A stretch of 64,000 nt of DNA from Phyllobates terribilis (taxonomy: Eukaryota), in the NCBI RefSeq assembly GCF_046119375.1, contig NW_027362772.1, positions 288,238,001 through 288,302,000 of the forward strand. Direction: 5' to 3'. Below the pieces are notes generated by a model that saw only the letters and a program-made list of their open reading frames with translations, did not search any database and was not told the DNA's origin. This document shows positions 14,731 through 25,527 of this stretch, piece by piece. How positions within the stretch are numbered: the stretch's first letter is position 1; each line of letters starts with the position of its first letter. A program made the position numbers and the translations under genes.

Positions 14731-15332
14731 TGTCACGCAGGGTGAGGGAAAGACTAAGTGCAACATGAAGGGAAGAGGGGGAGGAAGCCCAAACACTAGG
14801 GAAAGGGGGAGTGGAGACCCCTAGGCAGATCTAATATCACCCTGACTACCCTATCGTCCCTATATAGGTTCCACATCTATCGCCGAGCAGGAACCTAAGC
14901 CCTGTGTGTCCCTAGAGCTTGGCCCCAGGTAGGGAGGGGACAGGGTGAGCACTAGTCAGGCCTTGATACAAACTAAAGACAACAAGGTAGACAAACAAAG
15001 GGGATACACTTAGCTTGAGCAGACACCAGAGAGATAACGCCAACTGTCCTCCAAGGGCACCAGAGAAGAAACTAGCCAACTGCTAGTGCTCCAAGCCAAG
15101 ACAGAGGTACATAGTACTATCACCAGCACCTCTCTGGAGAAACTGAGAGTTTTTAACTACCAAGCAAGGGTGTGTCAATCAGCAGCAGAAGGTGGAGGTA
15201 GCTACCGGGTCCTAAAGGAAGAAGGATACAACAATATCAAAGAGATGAGAGGATCAAGAAGGCATCTGCAATGCCCAGTGCAGTGACCTTCTGCAGCCGG
15301 CTCCAGAGCGACTGTCTGACACACCCGTGACA
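14731..15332. mobile_element. Solo LTR (602 bp) of a Gypsy-type retrotransposon
   Basis: TGTCACG...CGTGACA terminal inverted repeat with a perfect 5-bp target-site duplication ATAGG (14726-30 and 15333-37). Confidence 0.85.
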
Positions 15333-16324
15333 ATAGGACAGTATAGTGTAACTGTTTTTAGGTCCTTTAGGGAGTTATTTTATCCAGTCAACCTTAATAT
15401 TTGCTTTATTAGGGGATATAGATGTCATAGGGGACCCCCAGAGTGTAGGCCCACTATAAAAATGGTTTTCAGTTTGCACACGGCTGTTGTGATGAGATTC
15501 CCTCCTTAACACTTGTACAGTGCATCCCTAAAAATGTTAGTATTTGGCGCCCCTGAGGCCACCCTTCACCCCCTGGAGGTCAATAGTGTTTTTTATCATC
15601 TTATAACATTGGCAGCTGTTAAAAAAAAAAAAAAAGTAAAAGTTGAATAACTTGTACAAGTTTGGCTGAATGTGCCAGAATCTCGGCAGGAAACAATGTC
15701 TCCTCTGTTACCCATGTTTATTTCTGTTCCCGCAGTGGACAAACATCCCAAGGTCGTGTGATCACTTTAATTTCCTGGAGATGTTTGTTAGCGCTCGTCA
15801 TGTTCACACATAGGGAAATATACAATGTCCTTATGACACGGCACTCTGTGCATTCACTGCTTGCTCTGCACACTAGCATGTAATGGGGGTCACCGCTAGA
15901 CATCACAATGGTCAATTCCATAGGGTCACACTGAGTAATTCTATCCTGTGCTGCATTAACATTCAGAGAGAGCTCAGGAGCTGCGTTCCCACCACAAGCC
16001 TCTGTATATTACATAGCCGGCATGTGTATCCGAGCTCCAATTGCATCTCTGACATCTGCATTTAAATGACGCCATTGCCACCAACCTCCATTGGCCATCT
16101 GAGATGTGATCCGATGGGTTTCTGTGGCAAGCAGGGCTTTCCTGAAGGCCCCCGGTCACTGCCATCCTGGTCTTCCAATGAAGCTCAGCCACAGGCTGGA
16201 CTTCATGGAAGAACAGCGACTTCACTATAAATTACAATACTGTAATATTGCATTATATAGTATGAGATCAAACGCTCACAGGTTCAAGTCCCCTTAGAGG
16301 ACTAATAGGTAAAAATATACCAGG

Positions 16325-17075
16325 AAGGGGAACATACATACCAGGATGGGGCTCAGGATAAGGGACATACATACCAGGATGGGGCTCAGGATAAGGGACA
16401 TACATACCAGGATGGGGCTCAGGATAAGGGACATACATACCAGGATGGGGCTCAGGATAAGGGACATACATACCAGGATGGGGGACATATATATCAGGAT
16501 GGGACCATAAACATACATACCAGAATGGGGGATGTATATAGCAGGAAGGGGAACATACATACCAGGATGAGGCCAGGAAGGGGAACATACATACCAGGAT
16601 GGGGCCAGGAAGAGGAACATACATACCAGGATGGGGCCAGGAAGGGGAACATACGTACCAGGATGGGGCTCAGGATAAGGGACATACATACCAGGATGGG
16701 GCTCAGGATAAGGGACATACATACCAGGATGGGGGATATATATATTAGGATGGGACCATGAAGGTAAACATACATACCAGAATGGGGGATGTATATAACA
16801 GGAAGGGGAACATACATACCAGGATGGGGCCAGGAAGGGGAACGTACATACCAGGAAGGGGCTCAGGATAAGGGACATATATATACCAGGATGGAGGATA
16901 TATATATTAGGATGGGGGACATATATACGAGGATGGGGCTACAAAGGAAAACATATACACCAGGATGGAGGACACATATATTTATATATATATATATACC
17001 AGGATGGGGGACATATATATTAGGATGGGCCCAGGATGGGGGACAAATATACCAGGAAGGAGCCCAGGATGGGGG
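16325..17075. repeat. ~33-bp minisatellite (ACATACATACCAGGATGGGGCTCAGGATAAGGG)
   Basis: Tandem units read directly, degenerating toward 3'. Confidence 0.9.
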
Positions 17076-18111
17076 ACATTACTACATAATGGAGGAGGTG
17101 CAACTTGTTTGTCCTTATAGGATTTAGAATTATGGTATACAAGGCTCCATACATCTGAACAACATGCGGCGGGGGGGGGGGGATGGTCCAAATCTTGCAT
17201 CGGGGCCCATCAGACTCTAGTTATGCCACTAGGTACGGGTCTCAGAAAATGGTAACACAATCCATTATAGTTTTCTTTTCTTTTTTTTAACAAAGTTCAA
17301 AACATTTTTAAACCACTAACATAATAAAAAAAATGTTATAAAATAATGAAAAAAAACACTATATATATTTGGTATTGCTGTAATTGTACTGATCTGGGGA
17401 ATCATGTTACCAGGTCAATTACACCGCACAAAACGAAACCCCCCAAAAAATCAAACAATGGCGGAATTGTTTTTTGTTTGTTTTTTTACCATTTTCTCCC
17501 ACTTGGAATTTTTTCTCCAGTTTTTCAGTACATTATATTTAAAACTGCAACTCTTCCCAAAAATAAAAACGTTCTGACTCTTGGAAGAAGGGGAGGAAAA
17601 AAGAAAAAAAAAACGAAAGCAGTAGAATGAAAACTGGCTGAGTTAGTGTATGGTACCGCTGTGGGGTCCTTGACGGGGGCACAATATTATCAGGCAGGTG
17701 GTATTAATGTTACAGCACTTATGTAACAGTAATGTGACACAGTGATACAATGCGGCATGTTGTATGCAGATGGAGAGGTCACAATACATATTTCTTCATC
17801 CCACTTTATAGGACGCGGACCCGCAGAAGGGCAATGGGCCAGAGCTGGATTATTCAGGACTATGGCAGGAGGAATACGCTGCTCTCTGCGGCTGGGATCA
17901 CATTATCAGCTGTCAGATCTCAGAATGAACTCATCCCCTGTCATGTCGCACTACGGTAGCTGAAATGATCCTGCTGTCCGTTAATCCAATGTGCACAGAG
18001 AGATAATCGGAGTCTCTTACTTGCTGATCCGATGAGTTGTCCAGAGAACAGAAGACTTGTCATTTCTCATATCCTCCGTCTATCCGCTGAATGGGGGCAG
18101 ACAGGCGTGCT

Positions 18112-18202
18112 GGGATAATGAAACCATCTGACAGCACTTTTCCAGAAAGTTCAATGTTGGGGTGCTGGGGAGGAGCACAAGAGCCACCACTCCGTATATA
18201 AG
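18112..18202 (+). promoter_or_regulatory. cryab: cryab proximal promoter: GGGATAATGAAACC..CTGACA lens-region-like motif, perfect heat-shock element (18139-18153) and TATA box (18195-18202)
   Basis: tTTCc-aGAAa-gTTCa is three alternating nGAAn pentamers; TATATAAG lies about 75 nt upstream of the ATG. Order matches the mammalian CRYAB promoter as I recall it. Confidence 0.8.
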
Positions 18203-18275
18203 GCCATTGGGTTTGGTGGGTGAATCAAACACTGAACAGTTCTGTCTGACAGCTACCACCCAACGCCTGAAGAAG

Positions 18276-18467
18276 ATGGATGTGACAATCCAACATCCCT
18301 GGTTTCGCCGCCAATTTTTCTCCTTCTTTGGACCAAACAGGATGTTTGAACAGAGTTTTGGGGATCACCTTCAGGAGTCCGATCTGTTTCCCACCATGAT
18401 GTCCCCTTTCTACTTCAAATATCCTTTCCTTAGACTTCCATCCTGGATAGAAAGCGGCTTCTCGGAG
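18276..18467 (+). CDS. cryab: alpha-B crystallin exon 1 (64 aa, [12 protein letters not shown]...SWIESGFSE)
   Basis: Clear similarity to vertebrate CRYAB N-terminus; GAG|GTAATT donor at the conserved position. Confidence 0.97.
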
Positions 18468-21400
18468 GTAATTCTCTACTTGTTTTGTTCATTTTCCTGT
18501 AGTTCAATCTATAGGGACTGCGGCTTCCTAGCTGTTGTAACACTACAACTCCCAGCATGTCTTGCTACAGGATTTAGGGTGAGAACCAGCAAATGATAAT
18601 GTAAAAAAAGTCAGAACATCGATGAGGGGGGGGGGGGATTAGTCAATAGATGAAACTTTTAACTGTTTAGGTCCCAGAGGGTATAGCGGTAGAATGTGTT
18701 ACTATCAGGGAGTAAAATTGCAATTTATCTTATAATAAAGGGACATGGCGGATATAGAGAGGAGTGACCAAGTCTAAATACTTGCATTTTTGCTTTTGCA
18801 ATGCATGGTGAGGAAAAGAGTTAATTTGGGATATCCACTAGGTCTACGGGCTGTTTGTAAGCTGTGACCATTCCCTGCCCCGGAGGAAGCACTATGTTAG
18901 AAGTGCAATATTTGATATTCCAGCTTTATATTTTCTGTATGTGAATGGATTTTTATTAGGAACCCTAAGTGCAAAGTAAAAGCACCCAGTATTATTTATC
19001 AGCATATGGCGGTATTATGCTGGGATTCATAGGGCGCTATTTCTTGGGCTTTCCAAACATATATTAGGATGGGGCTTGCATAACCACAAAAATGTGTGTG
19101 ATTTGATGGAGGTTTTCGGTCACGAGACTTTGCATTTTGGGAAAGAGTCGTATGTGGATTGGGATTTAACACACACATTAGATGGTAAAATAATGAAATT
19201 GCGTCGTAGTCACTGTCGCATGTGATTTACAGTAAAGTGTAAGCTGGCAAAATTGCAACCAAAATCTTGCAGGTTTTCAGCTGTTGCAGTTGCATTATAT
19301 GATGTCTTGCAAAGTGACCACATTCGCAATCAGCGCTAGCGATGCTGTAATGTGACGCTTCATGACGCGCAACCAAAGTCGCTTTTTGTTACGTGCACAC
19401 TATGTGGTGTTAGTATTTGGACAGTATATGGCAGTATTATCAAGACACGATATGGTAGTATGCCTCCTGAGATCATCTTTCACTTTCAAAAATGCTAAAA
19501 TCCATCATGGTCACAACTAAATAGACTGCTAGCTCACTGAGGGATCAGATTACAGCTGTCTACTGAAGTCTATTGAGAGGAGAGTGAGGGGAGGTGGTAA
19601 GAGCAGAGAGAAAAGCAAAAGAGACATACACAGACTGTGCCGCTTCTTTTTATAAGTGTTTTAGCTCATCTCCACACCTGTCCCAGGTATTTCAGGCTCC
19701 ACTTCCTTCCTCTGGGTCCGCTGCCCTATGCTGTGCTCCAAGTTGGGTTTTGCAGATTGCTCAGAATGGATCAATGACATAATCTCCCTAGATGTATTAA
19801 AAAGACATACCTGTATTTTGGGATTGAGATTCTAGTGTTCCATGTTTGGTTTGCTCCATTAATTGTGCTTGCTGTGTTTTAAACTTGCATTCATCCCTGC
19901 TGGGTTCCACTCTGACCGTTCTCCTACTCCTGAGATTACTGTGTGTGCTAAGTCCTCGCTATCCACTGCCTTCCTGCTTGCTGCATTAACGCCCTGGGTC
20001 CGTAAGCCCACCTGGACCAAGGGATTAGAGGATCCACCTTACCTGTGGATTCAACACAAAGCAGGATCCACAGCTACACTGCTCAGTACTGCTGTATAGA
20101 GGTCTCCATACTTCTGGACGTGCTACAAAGAAACAAGGGAACAGAAATCCCTCATGTCTGTGTGTACTGTGTATGAGAGACATCAGGACAGCTATTTTCT
20201 TCCCACTAGCTCATAGAAAACTGAAAAGTAGAGATATATCCTGCATTTTCACCAGTTTCCCCTATTTCACCAATTCAGACTTTTCAAAACAAAACCAAAA
20301 AACGTTTCCCCTAAAGATCACTGATGATATATCAAGTCTTGTTTTGGTCTGTGCGAGCGCAGAAGTACTGTACATTCTCGTCCCACAGTAATAAATCAGT
20401 TGGCGCCCAGAGATTCCCTTATTAATATGCACATATCCCATTACAGCACAGATATAGACTTCCTAGACTGGAAGTCAACAGCTCGCCCAAACGTGTAATT
20501 AGTTTTCCTTACGAAATTCAGAAACACGAACCGTCGTACAGTGAGATTGGGTTATGCAATCATGTTTGTTTTCAGGTTCTTGTATTTCCTCTTCGGAGCC
20601 GACATTATTAGCTTGGGATCTGCAATGGGGTTGCAGTAATACCAATACTACCCTGGTCCATCTCCCGCCGGTCTTTGTCAGCAGTCCCGCAATGGAGACG
20701 ATCTAACTACCTTACATGACATCAGCGGTCATGTGCTACCATCACCGCTGAGGCCGGTGACTGACTGCAGCAATCAGATGACTATAGTCGGGACAAGGCA
20801 ACTATGAAGGACCAAGAGGACCACCAAAGAGACAACATGGGAACTATACGTACGACTTTATTTAGGAAACCATCTGAGGGATGACCTAATATTCCTGGTC
20901 ATGTTGCAAGGCTAGGACATTGCCCTTCAGGGTAGCTACCTCCAATCGGTGGTACTTAGAGAGCTTTCTTTTAGTCCAAGAGACAGCATGGACGATTGCC
21001 AAAAAGTCTCAACTTCTTATTAATAGGCCCATGGAGTTGGAAAAAAACTAGAAAAATACTGATACTTACCTGCTGGACCGGCGGCGCTCCACCGTACATA
21101 GCACTCAGTCGCTCGCCGGTCTGTTGGGTTCAGCATTTTGCGGGGGCATCATGTGAGCTCCAAAGCCTCCTAGCGGAAGAAACAGTGTTGATGTTGATCC
21201 CATCTGTCTGGTGGGGGACGCAATGCTGAGTACAGAAGAGCAGCGTTGGTCGGAGAGCTGAATAGAAGTTGTTGTCCACTAGTGGACAACCCCTTTAAAG
21301 CGTCAGTACCTATAAGGCAGCATCAAGGGCATCACATTTAGACAACTAACCCTGCACTGATAAAGGGGCAATGAATGTCTGACTTGGCTAATATCCCTGG

Positions 21401-21743
21401 TCATGTTACAAAGCTCAGTGAAGCGTCGGACATTGACTTGCAGGGTAGCTGCCTCCAATGGGCAGATGATTTTCTTTCCTTCCAGTCTGAGACCCAATAT
21501 TTTATCAACTGGGCAACCCCATCAAGAGCTGTGAAGGGGCAGGTAGACATGGCCATACTTAAATTATGCCTTAAACAGGCTCGATTATCTTGTACTTTTC
21601 TGAGAACTGGACCGTAAAGTCAAAGTAGTCTTGCAAAACCACATCTAAAATTTTGGCCTTTTGGGGGCGTTCCTGGTGGGCGAGGCTTAGATGTCCTGAA
21701 TATTGGTGTCAATTTTGGTAAGTACTGTATGCTTAAACTATGG

Positions 21744-23542
21744 TGTTATGCACACGCCCGGGCTGAGCGGCGTGTGCGTGTGATTGGTAGTGATTCCACT
21801 GGACCGTGCCGGAGAGTGAATGCCTGGAGGGGCGTGACTAAGTATTCACCCGATCCGACCAGGGTCGCACGACGGCATACGACGCCAGTGCACCAAGGAG
21901 GAACCGAGCAGAGGGACCAGGTGCTACTCCAGGACAGACCCCGGACACGGCTGTTGACCCACACAGGGGAATACAGGAACAGGCTGGTAGGCTGGCACAC
22001 AGACTGGTGGGTATAGGCAGGCACGACTGGTATGCAGGCAGGCGGGTATGCAGGCAGGGGGGTAAAGGCAAGCACAGCTAGAGTGCAGACAGGGAGGCAC
22101 TAGCAGGTAGGAACACAGGCGGGATAGGACCCAGTACACACTGGGACTCAGGAACAGGCAGGTTAGGCTGGCACAGACTGGTGGATATAAGCAAACACGG
22201 CAGGTATGCAGATGGGTGGATACAGGCGAGTATGCAGGCAGGGAGGTACTGGCCGAAAGGACGGGCTGGAGCACAGAAAGGTTAAGACCCAGTACAGACT
22301 GGGTCACAGAACCGCAGATGCGGTAGACAACCACAGCAGAGAGGGAACGCCCGAAGCGGTGGGCAAGAACAGAGCAGGACGGGGCTGCAGGAGCAGCGAG
22401 CACAAGCAGGGCAGGACAGGACTGCCGGAGCAGCGAGCACAAGCAGGGCAGGACAGGACTGCCGGAGCAGCGAGCACAAGCAGGGCAGGACAGGACTGCC
22501 GGAGCAGCGGGCAGAAGCAGGGCAGGACAGGACTGCCGGAGCAGCGGGCAGAAGCAGGGCAGGACAGGACTGCCGGAGCAGCGGGCAGAAGCAGGGCAGG
22601 ACAGGACTCTGTTCACACGGAACAGACAGGAAGGGAAAGACAGAGCCAGACACCCACAGGGTACTTGCAGTGAAGTAGCGAGTGGACCACAAACTCACAA
22701 ACGGGAGTACAGAGACAACAGGCAGGAGTTAGGTACGAGTTCAGACTCTGCAGAAAAAGGAAGGGAACGGACATAGAGGCAAAACAGGTAAAGGATAGGA
22801 GAGAGTTCAGACTGGAACTGAGTGTACGGAGGAGACCGACACTGCAGCGGGATACAGGAGCGGGTCTGGGAATACTGCCCCCAGAGAGGCGGGACGAACA
22901 GGCAAGGAGCGTGTTCAGACAGGACAGACAAGATACAGGAGCGGGTCTAGGTAATCGGCCCCTAGAAGGCGGGAGGAACAGGCTAGGAGCGTGTACAGAC
23001 AGGACAGACAAGATACACAGAAAGGACTCAGTTCAGACACGGGAACTAATACCGCAAAGCAGGAGACATACAGGACTCAGTTCAGACACGGGAGCTGATA
23101 CCGCAAAGCAGGAGACATACAGGACACAGTTCAGACACGGGAGCTGATACCGCAAAGCAGGAGACATACAGGACTAAGTTCAGACAGGCCTGGAAATACA
23201 GCCTCCAGGAAAGGCAGACAAGGAAACAAAGACGGGACCTGGCACCTTCAGAATGCAAGCACACACTGAAGGAAACACTTATGCTCAGGCAGGAATAGAA
23301 GGGAGCTGCTGAGCTATATACCAAGTGTCAGACAGCAATAGGCTGAGGACGCACAAGGGGTGTGACCCACAGCAGGTACAAAAAGCAGGAAGTGATCGGG
23401 CGCCGCCCTTAAGCAGCAGAGACAGACACAAACAGACAGCATGGAGGGAAGCCAGAGAGACACTCTGGACAGGAGATCAAGTGCGCTCTCTTGCACAGTG
23501 GGAGATGGACCACCATGCAAGGACGCCGCCAGGTATGTTACA
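21744..23542 (-). repeat. 3' LTR of the cryab-intron element
   Basis: Direct repeat of 25528-27363; contains five full 37-bp units (GCAGGGCAGGACAGGACTGCCGGAGCAGCGRGCASAA). Confidence 0.96.
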
Positions 23543-25389
23543 GTACCTCCCCCCTTACGCCCCCTCTTCTTCAGGCCTGCCAGAATCTTCCGCAGGGAAT
23601 TCGAGGACCAGTCGTTCACTGGGTTGGAGGGGGACAGAGACTTGAGGGTAATCTCTGCTTCGAGGTACATCTTGTCAAGCTCACAGGAAAAAATAGACGG
23701 GTTATCAGGTACATAATGAGGAAAAGTCACTGTCTCTTTGTTATCTGGTGGTACCCCGGAGGATTCAGGAAACAACTGGAGGTCCTCCGCCGGGTCAGAA
23801 GAGTGCAGAGGCTCAGAGAAAACAACTGCTTCAGAGTACACTAGGTCGGACTCACTGGAGGAAGCAGGCGAGGTATCGGGTACCGAGTATAGGAAAGTCT
23901 CTGTCCATTCACCACCAGGTGGCACCCCGAAGGGTTCTGAACACAACTGGAGGTCCTCCGCCTGGTCGGAGGGGTGTAGAGACTCGGGAGTAACCTCTGC
24001 TTCGGAGTACACTAGGTTGGACTCACTGGACGAAGCGAGCGAGGTATCAGGTACAGAGTATAGGAGAGTCTCTGTCCTTTCACCACCAGGTGGCACCCCA
24101 AAGGGTTCTGAACACAACTGGAGGTCCTCCGCCTGGTCGGAGGGGTGTAGAGACTCGGGAGTAACCTCTGCTTCGGAGTACACTAGGTTGGACTCACTGG
24201 AGGAAGCAGGCGAGGTATCGGGTACCGAGTATAGGAAAGTCTCTGTCCATTCACCACCAGGTGGCACCCCGAAGTGTTCTGAACACAACTGGAGGTCCTC
24301 CGCCTGGTCGGAGGGGTGTAGAGACTCGGGAGTAACTTCTGCTTCGGAGTACACTAGGTTGGACTCACTGTACGAAGCGAGCGAGGTATCAGGTACAGAG
24401 TATAGGAGAGTCTCTGTCCTTACGTTACCAGGTAGCACCCCGAAGGGTTCAGGAGACAACTGGAGATCCTCCGCCTGGTCGGAGGGGTGTAGAGACTCGG
24501 AGGTAACTACCACTTTGGGGTACCCATTGTCAGGCTCACAGGACGAAGCGGACAAAGTATTGAGTACCGGGTGTAGAGAAGTCTCTCTCCATTTGTCATC
24601 GAGTGGTATCCCGGAGGATTCAGGAGGCAACAGGGGATCCTCCGCCAGGTAGTAGAGGTGCACAGACTCAGAGGTAACCACAGCTTTGGAGCATCCTTGG
24701 ACATGCACACCGGTTAAAGAGAGAGAAGCATCTGATGCCGGGTGCAGGAAGTTCTCCTGTGTGGAGTCTGGATGGGCAGAAGTCTCTTCGGGCAGGAGAA
24801 CTGGTGCACTACCCACGCACATTACCCATTGGGGTTTCTCCGGGATACAGGGAGATGAAGCTTCAGTAGGGACTTCTAGGTTGGGGTCAGGAGGTCTCAG
24901 GGAGGACAGACCCTGGCGTGACGGCTTGCCTCTACGTCTAGCACGTCTGGACTGCCTCTTGAGGTTGAGAGAAGTATTCCGGAAAGCGTAGTCACCCTGT
25001 GAGGATTCTGGGTGGGCAGTAGTCTCATTGGGCTGGAGGACTATTGCGCTACCCACACACATTACCCATCGGGGCTGCTCCGGGATATTGGGAGGTGAAG
25101 CTTCAGCAGGAGCCTCCGGGTTAGGATCATCGAAGACCATTAGAAAGGCCACCAGGAAGGCCATTAGGTCCCGGAGGATCGGATCCTGTGTTTCATATAG
25201 GGGGTTGATCCATTCCAAGGCATCACCCGCCAGGTAAGACATCATAAAGGCCACTTTAGCCCAATCGGAAGGAAAGTAGAGAGGGTAGGCCTTAAAGTGT
25301 AGCATGCATTGCTCCACAAATGCACGACACTGTCTTGGATCCCCATAGTAACGTGGCGGATCCGCAGGAACGAGAGCTGATAGATCCAT
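23314..25389 (-). CDS. 691-aa ORF: Gag capsid N-terminal domain (about aa 1-89) fused to acidic Ser/Pro/Glu-rich tandem repeats
   Basis: Residues PPRYYGDP...VFDDP align without gaps at 44/79 identities to the Gag at 61495. Followed by two ~43-aa repeats, a basic patch and about six 57-aa (171-bp) repeats. The frame reads through the PPT and stops inside the 3' LTR. Confidence 0.8.
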   Translation of the reverse strand: MDLSALVPADPPRYYGDPRQCRAFVEQCMLHFKAYPLYFPSDWAKVAFMMSYLAGDALEWINPLYETQDPILRDLMAFLVAFLMVFDDPNPEAPAEASPPNIPEQPRWVMCVGSAIVLQPNETTAHPESSQGDYAFRNTSLNLKRQSRRARRRGKPSRQGLSSLRPPDPNLEVPTEASSPCIPEKPQWVMCVGSAPVLLPEETSAHPDSTQENFLHPASDASLSLTGVHVQGCSKAVVTSESVHLYYLAEDPLLPPESSGIPLDDKWRETSLHPVLNTLSASSCEPDNGYPKVVVTSESLHPSDQAEDLQLSPEPFGVLPGNVRTETLLYSVPDTSLASYSESNLVYSEAEVTPESLHPSDQAEDLQLCSEHFGVPPGGEWTETFLYSVPDTSPASSSESNLVYSEAEVTPESLHPSDQAEDLQLCSEPFGVPPGGERTETLLYSVPDTSLASSSESNLVYSEAEVTPESLHPSDQAEDLQLCSEPFGVPPGGEWTETFLYSVPDTSPASSSESDLVYSEAVVFSEPLHSSDPAEDLQLFPESSGVPPDNKETVTFPHYVPDNPSIFSCELDKMYLEAEITLKSLSPSNPVNDWSSNSLRKILAGLKKRGRKGGGTVTYLAASLHGGPSPTVQESALDLLSRVSLWLPSMLSVCVCLCCLRAAPDHFLLFVPAVGHTPCASSAYCCLTLGI

Positions 25390-25527
25390 CTGGACGGTGC
25401 GTAATTCGCCTGGAACTCAGCTAAGGGAAAAAAAATTTATTTATTTATTTTAATGCATATATTCGCTGGAAAACTTCTCAGAGGGCGAAGGCCGTGGGGC
25501 TCAACGGGAACCATGGCCTGAGCATGC

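Noticed and set aside
18162-18275. N-terminal extension of cryab in the ORF track
   Set aside because: Starts at a non-ATG codon upstream of the TATA box; the conserved start is 18276.
21746-23324. Numerous 80-230-aa ORFs on both strands within the LTRs
   Set aside because: Low-complexity, repeat-driven and duplicated verbatim in the other LTR; no recognisable domains.
23738-24652. 304-aa plus-strand ORF
   Set aside because: Antisense shadow of the 171-bp repeat region; the minus-strand frame carries the capsid homology.
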